Shown one piece after another: positions 48,573 to 64,000 of a DNA stretch of 64,000 bases (positions are counted from its first letter, which is position 1; the number at the start of each line of letters is the position of its first letter). The stretch is from NCBI RefSeq assembly GCF_009914755.1, contig NC_060932.1. The stretch is one strand, 5' to 3'. A program made the position numbers and the translations under genes. The notes beneath the pieces are model-generated. The model was not told the origin of the DNA. It ran no database searches and worked only from the letters and a program-made list of their open reading frames with translations. The stretch comes from the human T2T-CHM13v2.0 reference genome, Homo sapiens.

Positions 48573-48612
<40 letters not shown>

Positions 48613-48622
48613 GTGTGTGTGT
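48573..48622. repeat. (TG)n microsatellite
   Basis: (TG)19 T (TG)5. Confidence 0.98.
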
Positions 48623-49489
48623 TTAGTTTATGTGTGGGGGAGGAGGGAGCAAAGTGTGGTATCAGTCAGCAATAGAACATAAGAAGAGTCAGAAGGTCAA
48701 ATTTTGGCAGTGATCATTCAACATCTGATGGTTTTAGTGGAATCATAGGTTTGGCCAAAGAGCCAGGTAATAGGATTCCATGTTCAGGATGAATGACCAC
48801 TGAGCAGATATGTACCTCAAACCATCTTAGCCTAATGCCATTACCCTTTGAAATGATATAACAAACTTCCTGGTTCTGATCTCGGTGCTCACCAAGAAAA
48901 ATTAACCTTAATATTTGACACCCACTGCAGATGTGTCCATAGGGGAAAGCATACTGGTCATGACCTTACAAGTTCTGCAACAGTTTTATTTCTCAGTATA
49001 CATTGGAAGAATCAGGAAATATTCTCATTCTGCTACTTGGATTTTTATGAGTTTGAATAATTTGAATCCCCTTCTGAGAATGATTCACTGCTGGAATGTG
49101 GTCAAATTTCTGAGGTAACAGAGCTGAGGGGGCTGCCCTGGTGAATCTCCTGCACCCCATGAGTCCTTGGGTAGCTAAGCAGCTGGTATCTCCTGGTGAC
49201 ACTGACCACCCCATATGTGACTCCATTTTAAATATCCTACTTAATTGTTTAACAAAACACAGCTTTTTGTCCCCTTATAGTTTAATTCATTCTCTTCTAG
49301 CAAAAAAAAAAAAAAAAAATTCTGAAAGTCAATGGAAATCAAGCCAAAATTCTATATAAACCCTGTTCCCCTTGTCTCTCCTTCTTTCCTCTCTCCCTCC
49401 TCTCTCTCTCCTTCTCTTTATCCCCTCCTCTGTCCCTATCTCTCTGCCCTTTTATATATTTAATTTTCTTCTTTCCTTCTTTCCACTTG

Positions 49490-50870
49490 TCTTTTTTGAG
49501 CACCATGTGCGTCAGACACTTTACTAAGTACTAGGAAAACAAAAACCTTCTGATTTTGTAGGAAGAAAGAGAGACACAAATCTGCAGCAAGTTGAAATAT
49601 TTTTCATCTGTGGCATGAATTCAGTTTAACTCCACATGTATGTTTTGTGCCTCTCTTGTGCACAATCACTGTTTTGGGTTTTAGAAAGATTAAAATGCGT
49701 AAGGCTTGGCCTCAAGTTGTTTGTATCTACAAAGTTATATTAAATGTTTAGAAACTGTAAACAAATAATTCTCTAAGCGCAACATGAGAAATATTATGTG
49801 AACTGCATGAAACTTTTTGAGACAAGAAGAGATAGCACTTCTAGCTGAAGTATTTTTGGTAAAGTGAGTGGTATCAGGTTGTGTAGTATGACTGTTTTCA
49901 CTATACTAAGGTTGGATAGAGAGTTAAGCTAGGCGACTGAAGCCAAAGTAGTCTTGTGGGGAAGATGGACTCAGGCAAATAGAGCTGGTCAGAAGTGATT
50001 GAGATGCTAGGGCTTAGAGATGCTGTTTCCTCAAACTCAGGACACTACAGTGAAATGGGTCAGGAGAACATAGCATTATGTCAAGAGCTGTGAGTCTAGG
50101 AAGAAAAGACAAGGCAGACTTGGGTAGATAATTAGGTTAAAGCTGAAGCCAAAAGCACTTTCCTCAGATAGCTAATTACTCTGAAAATATTTAAATAAAA
50201 TGATACCTTTTAATTACTTTTTCTTGAGGATAACTCTGTGTTGTTTAGTCAGCTGTACCTCAAAGGCTTGTTCATATGACTGCATCCTCTGCCACTCCTC
50301 CCTCCTCACTTGTATGACTGGGGGTGATTGGGTGCCTTCTGCTTTTGGTGTTTTTGAGGAGTGATGTGTATGTCATTCAAGCTAATGCATAAAGTAAGTG
50401 TAGTTATTAAGACAGCTGATGGGGGACTAGTGAGAGCCTTAATTCAATTTAAGGAATTGAAACTTAATTTGTGTGGTGATGTGAGGACTTTGAAATTTTA
50501 TCAGTGAAGGCCATGATCAAGAGCTGTATTTTAGAAGATTATGTTACCAAAAGCAAGTGTGGATACAGGAGAAAATTTATGGGCATATTGCATCATCTTG
50601 GGAAAAGATATAAGGATGGCCAACTAGAGTAGTTGCATTCTGCATGGAAGGTCACCTTCATGGGTCATGGTGGAGGTAAAATTAACAGAAGTTGGTAATG
50701 AATTAACTGTGGGCAACAATGGGATGCAAGAGTCATGACATTCAAAGAGCTTGAATCCAGGTGACAAGCCAGCTACTGTAGAAAGGAAGGTACCATTAGC
50801 AGAGGTAGAGAAGAGAGCAGGTGCAGAAAGAGATACTAAATTCAGAAATAGAAATTTCAGAACTGCAAAA
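49490..50870 (-). mobile_element. Fragmented old L2
   Basis: TTGAGCACCATGTGCGTCAGACACT..., GAGTGATGTG, GTACCATTAGCAGAGGTAGAGAAG-type motifs; boundaries uncertain. Confidence 0.45.
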
Positions 50871-53344
50871 CAACCTTGCATTTTACAGCTGAAGGGCTGC
50901 CTGTACAACTCATTGACCAACGGGAGATCTACCTTCATAATAAAATATATATTCTTTTGCCTCTCTCTTGGAAAAGTGAGTCATTTACTCAACCATGTGT
51001 TGATATTTAAAGGGCTTGTTATTTGCTAATGGTTGTTTTGAAAATCAGTGAGATTCAGACTAGATAGAAATGTCCTGTGTTGTATTTAAAGAAAATAAAA
51101 CCATAATTTTAAGACTGAAAATATCTATCCATTATGATGCCATGCTCAACCCATATACTAAAAGGTGTTTTGTTTTATAAAATGGTGCTCATTTGCATTT
51201 TAAGTCTGAATTTTTAAAAATAATATTTGTACACCTGTTATATGTCCAAATTAAGACAAATTTGTTTAATTATGATTAAAGGAATTGCAAGTGTAACATT
51301 AAAAAAAGATTTAAATTGCCAAAATAAAATTTTATTTGAATTTCTAAATCACATATGACTATAAAAAGCATCCTGTGTTTACTGAGAAGGAAGTGTCCTG
51401 CCTGAATACTTCCTATTTTGATAATGCACATACAAGTCACATTCAGAAAGACTAGAAAGCAAGGAGCTACAGATCTAGCTAAATTGTAATTTATTGTGGA
51501 AGATACAATCATCACTCACCTTGGTCAGGGCATGCATCATGAAGCTGATAGTTAACAGGTTCTAAGTTATATTTCAAAGGAAAAATAATAGACTTGGTTG
51601 CAACATGAATGCAAATTATGGCTCTGTACTCTCCCAAATCCTTGGCTTTGTTACCTCCAGAGAATTCAGCTGTGGGATTTCAGACCCATCTAGTGTGTGT
51701 TTCTATGATTTTCAGTTGAATCTTGACAAGTATGATTATTCAGATTTTTTGTACTGTCTGAAATAGAAATATGTTCTGCATCATAACTTAGCAGGAAAGT
51801 AGGAAGGACTCTTAGATCTTTGAAGCAGCCATGATAGCTTATAGTGAAACTTTTGACATACCAGTATATCTCCAAAAGTTCTAGGCAAATGTGTAAGCAA
51901 CATACCCTGAAATAGATGAGATGGAATATCCCTGAAACTCATCTATTTCTCACAATTCTGCTTGGAACTATATATCTCACATTCATCCTCAACTATAAAT
52001 TAATTGCATAAACCCTGATACACATAGAAAAATTCTAAAGTTATTATGTCATAAAATAGAATGGTTAATGACACAGTGTCATCCTAGTGACCTAGTAGTG
52101 TAACTGGTTTGTTGCTGTCATAAAATAAAATAGTCTATCATCTATTTTCAACTGCCTCCTTTATATTGAGTCTTATGAAATGCTTCAGTGTGAGAGACAA
52201 TAACATGCTGAAATGGGAGGAAAACTTGAAGTGAAACTTCAGTTGAAAAAAAATATTGGACTTGAAGGCTTAAAGAAGATGATAAATGGCATTGAAGTTA
52301 TTACTATAGAAATGAAAGCCAAATTTTGCCTGTTTTTTGAAAGTATTGAAACACTGGGAAGGATCTTTCAAAGGCGAGTTTGGTTAGGAAGATAACTAAA
52401 GACAGGAAAGGTAACTGTGTTTAAAGTCTTACAAAGCAAATTGCAAATATTAATTCTAATATTGTCAAAAAGAACCATTTTATATTAACTTGAGCATGAT
52501 TAGAAAGTATTTAGAACGTAATGTGTATGTTACTTTCCTTAACGTAAATGTTCCTACCCTACAGTTGCTGCTAGGATACATGGGACTTTTTCCTTAATTT
52601 CTTTTTAATATTATTCATTAGTTTGCAAACTGATTAGTCCATAAGATTCGAAAGTGTAAATAAAGTAAAAGTGGGTGGTGCCCCATTGTTTGAAGTGTCT
52701 GATCAGGTACTGAATAAGTAGAGGAGTTGGTTCCATTTGCGCATCCTCGGGGGTTGTACGGTCATATCTGCCCAGCCCGAGTGTGTACTCATCTGAAATG
52801 GAGCTAGCTGGTTATATAAGACCCTGAATCAACCAGCGAGGTGACTCCTCTGCTGCAGATTCTGCTGAGAGGCTGAGAGTACATGTGGGTGGACAAGGAT
52901 GACACTAGGATCACTCCAAAGATTAAAAATATTCCTCTTCAGACTTGGAGAACCTCAGGTTTCAATCCAGGATTATAATCAAGGCCACCTGACAAGCCGA
53001 CTGAGTCAGGAACAAATAGTGCCATACAATTTCTAGACAACAGAGAGGTTATCTCTTCCCTCAAATCCATTTCACTACTGAGTTATACCTGAAATCTCAT
53101 TCCTGGAGGAATCATTGTTTACATGCAGGCTTTGAAAACTGATTTTTAAAAACAAACAAAGCCAAAAAATAAAAACAAAAAACAAAAAAATGGAAAAGTG
53201 AAAAATCCAACATTTGATTGTTTTCTGACATTTTATGTCTTCAATTTAATATAGATCTAATTAAATGTATATATATTTTGGTAAGGAGATAGGCACAGCA
53301 GAGACGGGTACTGGGTAACTGTGGAGAGAGGGAAGGAAAGAGTC

Positions 53345-53560
53345 AAAGAAAGCAGCTGTGTGTGCATTGAGCTAGGTGCTTCCAAAAGACATGGCCTCAG
53401 TTAGTCCTCACAAAAGGCAGGCATTATGGGACCTATTTATATGGTCCAGAAACTGGGGCCTACGGATTTAAGTAGTTTGACTAAGTTCATTCTGAAAATT
53501 AGCAATAGATCTTAATATATCCAACTAATGCCTGTCTGACTCGAAACTCCACCATCATTT
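53345..53560 (-). mobile_element. MIR
   Basis: TCAGTTAGTCCTCACAA...AGAAACTGGGGCC...TTAAGTAGTTTGACTAAG...TGTCTGACTC. Confidence 0.65.
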
Positions 53561-54569
53561 CAGTGCCTGAGACTGCATGCAACTGGGAGGTCAAGTAGGA
53601 CAGAGCCCTGGACTCCATGAGCCCCTCTGGGTGACTTAGGCTAATGGGGCATTTTTTTAACTGGATCAAGTCTGTGTGGGATTCTTGGTGCCAATGAGCT
53701 TTTAAGCCGAGTGGTTTTCATCTCCACATGGACGTGCCACCTGGGGCACACGAAGACTGCGTGGGGTGCTCCTGTGTGTGAAGACTTTGGGAGGATGAGT
53801 TTCAGATCCTCAGTTTCCATAAAATCCATCTGCCTGAAATAGTTGAAGTGAGCTCCCTTTCCCACATCTGAACTCTAAATTCCATTCTCCCACTCTGCAA
53901 AGTAAAAGGCTAACTCTCACCCACCCCTCATTTTACCATGGGATGTTTGGAGGGGTAAAACCACTGCAGCACCAAAGAAAGGAAACTTTCAAAATACTGA
54001 TGCTAGTATCGAGAGTGAATGATTTGCAGTGACAGAAAATAAAAATCTTAATTACAGGTAAATTGTTTCTAAGAAGTATGATCAAGTGAGAAAAAATTTT
54101 CAGAAAAAAAAATAAAGGAGAATGTTCTATGGGGGAAGTAAAATGTCAACATGACTTCAAAGAGAAAAAGGAACTACATAAGATTTCTGACTTTCGAAGA
54201 CTTCCTTCATGTCTTTTTGAAATAGATGATATTGATTAATTCAATGGATACTTTTAAAAGAGTTATGTAGCAGTTTTATTTTAAAATGTAATTAATTAGA
54301 GAACAATGGAAATAACACATTTTGTGACTGCTTATTCTTTTGGATGTCAGTCACATAAAAATTAGGGTTTGGAAGAAAATATTAGGCTCTTAAGCAAAAA
54401 ATATTGATGAGCACTGTCAATTCTGGCTGCCCTTGGATTGCATGAGCCACTTCACTGGCATCTTTTCTATCACCAGGCTAGACAGGATCAACTTTGGGAA
54501 AAGAGAGACAGGCAAATATGCAACCTCCTCAGCATGACTTTTACTTACACAATTTAAAAGGTGTGGTGG

Positions 54570-54873
54570 GGCCAGGTGCGATGGCTCACGTCTGTAATAC
54601 TAACACTTTGGAAAACTGAGTCAGGAAGATCTCTTGAGCCCAGGAGTTTGAGACCAGCGTGGGCAACATAGTGAAACCCTATTGCTACAAAAAATACAAA
54701 ATTAGCTGGGCATGGTGGTGTGCACCTGTGGTCCCAGCTACCTGGGAGGTTGAGGTGGGAGGATCACCTGAGCCTGGGGAGATAGAGGCTCTAGTGAGCC
54801 ATAATCATGCCACTGCGGTACAGCCTGAAGCCTGGGTGACAGAGTGAACCTTGTCTCAAAAAAAAAAAAAAAA
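54570..54873 (+). mobile_element. AluJ
   Basis: Full dimeric Alu with A16 tail; degenerate TSD. Confidence 0.94.
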
Positions 54874-55879
54874 TGCTGTGATGGAGATGTGGGAGATATT
54901 CTGAGTTTACAATTGCAAGGCTTATGGTCCCCAAGAAACCCCTAGAAGAAAACAGAGAGCTCGAAGTTGAATATTTAAACTTCCTTCTAATTAATTGTAA
55001 TATATGTTTCCACCTACAGTTTTCAGGAGAGAATAGTTGACAGTTGGCATAAGCAGGAATGTAAGAAAAAAAAAACTCAGGTGAATAGTGAGACAACATG
55101 GAAACTTACTGAGTTTAAACTATCAATTCCTATCCCCCATTCTATTACCAAGTATTGTTTCCAGAAAAGAAAAAAGAACCACTTCTTTTTTTCTCTGTCT
55201 CTATTAAAAACTAATTGTGAATGTATGCCTTTAATACATAAAATTGTTGTAAAGCACTAATTTATGTAAACCCTCTCACCCTGTTTTTGATCAAATAGAT
55301 AATCAAGAATTTCCTTTAGGAAATCGTTCTGCAGATTGAATGAAGTGAGGTTATTGCTCTAAGTCATTTAAACAATGAAAGTTGTGTCTTTGAAATACTA
55401 ATATATTCATTCTTCTTTCAGAATCCTATTTAGAATTCTGTTTTTTCTTCTTCCAATTTTTTCTGAAAGCTGAAAAAAGAACAATAATGCAATTATGCAT
55501 GTATTGATGTACAACTGGCACATAAACTTCACTAGGATGTAAGTTGGAATGTTTTCTTAGAAGAGCAAGTACTCAGGGCATAAATGTCAGCAATTTTGAA
55601 AAAGCTATTATTAATTATAAGGAGCTCAAGGGGAAATAGTTGATATTCCCTATGGAAATAATAGATGCAAAGGGATGAATGCAAAACAGGTTTGATTCTA
55701 TTTTGGGAAATTTAAAAAATATTTCACTTACAGTTCCAAAAGACATATAAGAGTCCTTTCAAAAACTGTGTTATAAGAATTTCAGCACCATTTTTCAAAG
55801 AAGACAAACAGCACAACTGTTCACAAGGCACTAAGTTCACATTCAGGCCAAATATATTTATGACCTGAATATTCCATAC

Positions 55880-55990
55880 TCATTCATACATTTATTTATT
55901 CATTCACAAAACATTTACTGTAAACCTACTATGTTCAAAACACCGGAGACATTGCTATAAAGATAAAGCCCATTTAGTCACAGAGAGGAA
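55880..55990 (-). mobile_element. L2 3' end
   Basis: CATTTATTTATTCATTCACAAAACATTTACTGTAAACCTACTATGT. Confidence 0.7.
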
Positions 55991-57913
55991 CACAAAAGTA
56001 CTCTCAATTAAAGAGAAATAAAATAAAATGTATAATGCATTTTTATCATTATTTCTCCTGATAATCATCTCTTTATGTTAGACAGATTATAAACATCCTA
56101 CAGTGGGTGAATCTACCTTCTGAATAACTATCTCTCAAGTTTCTTCCCAGGCACTCAGAATAAGATCATATGTTTAGGGAAAATTTTAAATATTCCATAA
56201 TGTAACACAATATTGAATTAAATGTATAACATGGAGCTGGATGAAAACTTTTAAATTGTTAAGTTGCTAGGCAAATTTTAGCTCTTTTAACATTTAAAAC
56301 CACCCCAGAAAATGCTCCTGGTGTATTAAACTGTCATTCTGCTGACATAATCCAGAGTCATATCTGGCTACAGTTACAGCCTGTGTAACCTGGAGTGCCA
56401 TTGTCCAAAATTCTGGTCAGGTCCGATTTTGCCCACCTGAACTGAACAAGTTAAAAGTCCTCCTTCTTGTTATGGTAATAGTCTGAGGTTTGCGATGAAA
56501 CCGGACTTACTTCCTTGATTCTAGTGTATTCCTTGTAGAGCAAGCTTGATTCTATTGACAGGAAGCTGATCTTTCCTTGTGAAAAGGACTCTGCTTTCAA
56601 ATATTTCCTGGCTCCAATTTGAGTGTTAGCCTGTACCACACACTTCTCCCTGCTTGGCAGAAGTAGATTCTAAGCATTAGGTCACTCGCTTGTCAAGCTA
56701 GGTTCTGGAACTTTGTTTGACAGTCTTTAGTTGAGGAGAATCCTATGCATTTGAGATGCCCTTGTGGTGTTTACGTCTTTCTGAATAACATGTTTGCCAC
56801 CAATAATCAAAACACAGCTTACCTTGCAGCAGATTTTTAAAACATACACTTTGTGATGTATTTAATACTAGCCAACTATTATATGATGGGTATCTATAAT
56901 CATAAACACTGAACCTAATATTCTCCTGTGAAGAAAAACTGATTCAGGAGTTTAAATCTTGAGAGCTCTGATTGTGGAAGTTGCAGGTGAGATGATTTGT
57001 CCAGTGTGCTTATTTCCACCAGCTGTGCTCAGCTTATAGGACTTTACTGGGGATATAATAGCCTGATGTTTGGTATAAATAGATTGCAAAGGAAGACTTA
57101 ATAGATTTTTTAAGACAGAGCCATCACGCAGGACACATCTCTTGTTTTTCTAACAAGGATAGCAAATCCATTTTAGCACATTATCTAAGTTACAGCTATG
57201 GGTTAATTGTACATTATAGTTATTTGAAAAAGCGACTACAAAGGAAAATCTTGTCTAAAATGGAATTCATAGAAGGCTCTTATATAGCAACTTTCCAGAG
57301 TTCAACTACAAGCACAAATTGTAGTGTAAACATAATGCCCTGTGAAATATTATTTTAGCCCATGCCATGGCCCACTTGTTTAGTGTCTTTATTTTAATTT
57401 CCAGGGTACCCCTGGGATTCGTCAGGATTTATTGCAAATGAAAAAGAAGGATGATCTTTAATACTGCTGGGGTCCCTCAATAGTTCATAGTATTTCATAG
57501 AAGTTGATTTTGCAAGATAAATCTTTTTGAAAAGTTGACTATCTTGGAAGTTGAAATGAGAGGGTAACCCAGCTTCAATACCTAAAATGTAAATGAGAGA
57601 AGCAGTTATTATTAGCTTTGGCAAAGCAGAAATCAGGGATGTGGCCATCTTGATCTAGTGCACCAATGTAGTGTACATCTTTCTGCCTTAGAGGCTGGTG
57701 TCCAGTTAAAAAAATGAGTTGTTTTACCTGAAATGCAGTAACTTTGCAAAACAAGCAGCAGTTTTGAAAGCCAATTGATATATTTTTTATCAAATTTATC
57801 TCTGGTCCAAGTGCTCAAGTGGTGTTTGTGGAGGGAGAGTAGAAGTATGTTAGCACTTATTCTCAATAACTTTTGCAGCAATGTGCCTGCACAAAACAAT
57901 TTTCTTCATGGCT

Positions 57914-58286
57914 TGATATGGTTTGGCTGTGTCCCCACCCAAATCTCATCTTTAATTGTAGTTGCCATAATCCCACATTGTGGGAGAAACCTGGTGGGAG
58001 TAATTGAATCATGGGGGCGGTTACCCCCTTGTTGCTGTTCTCATGAGAGTGAGTGAGTTTTCATGAGATCTGATGGTTTTATAAGGGACTTTTCCCCCTT
58101 TTTCTGCACTTCTCCTTGCTGCCAGCATGTGAAGAAAGACATATTTGCTTCCTCGTCCACAAGGATTGTAAGTTTTCTGAGGCCTCCCCAGCCCTACAGA
58201 ACTGTGGGTCAATTTAACCTCTGTCCTTTATAAGTTACCAAGTCTCGGGTACGTCTTTATTGGCAGCATGAAAACGGACTAATACA
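57914..58286 (+). mobile_element. THE1 (C/D-like) MaLR LTR
   Basis: TGATATGGTTTGGCTGTGTCCCCACCCAAATCTCATC...CGGACTAATACA. Confidence 0.95.
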
Positions 58287-58320
58287 GTAACGAAGGAAAT
58301 GCTCATTGTAGCATTTTGGA

Positions 58321-64000
<5,680 letters not shown>

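Noticed and set aside
49302-49319. Orphan poly(A) tract
   Set aside because: No upstream poly(A) signal, TSD or retrocopy body; treated as a simple repeat
56823-56925. Minus-strand acceptor/donor pair defining a 103-nt exon
   Set aside because: AT-rich with many stop codons; several equally good minus-strand donors occur, consistent with chance

Overview
AT-rich, CpG-depleted primate (human-like) non-coding DNA, probably intronic or intergenic. I see no host protein-coding exon, RNA gene or CpG island. All long ORFs are decayed LINE-1 ORF1/ORF2/ORF0 pieces or chance ORFs. The window holds five primate L1PA insertions: one full-length with a target-site duplication (TSD), one near-full-length running off the right edge, and three 5'-truncated. 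It also holds six Alus, four LTRs (LTR19/MER41-like, MLT1, MER57-like, THE1), several hAT DNA-transposon relics and old L1M/L2/L3/MIR fragments. Repeat names are from recall of consensus sequences, not a RepeatMasker run. I found no evidence of a new multi-gene system. The most unusual structures are: (1) a ~600-bp local duplication whose left breakpoint carries a fold-back hairpin with a perfect 27-bp inner stem; (2) two neighbouring L1s that share many non-consensus ORF2 variants, suggesting gene conversion or a parent-daughter relation; (3) an apparent L1 3' transduction; (4) a 60-codon ORF0 remnant; (5) a candidate recursive splice site or 41-nt non-coding exon.
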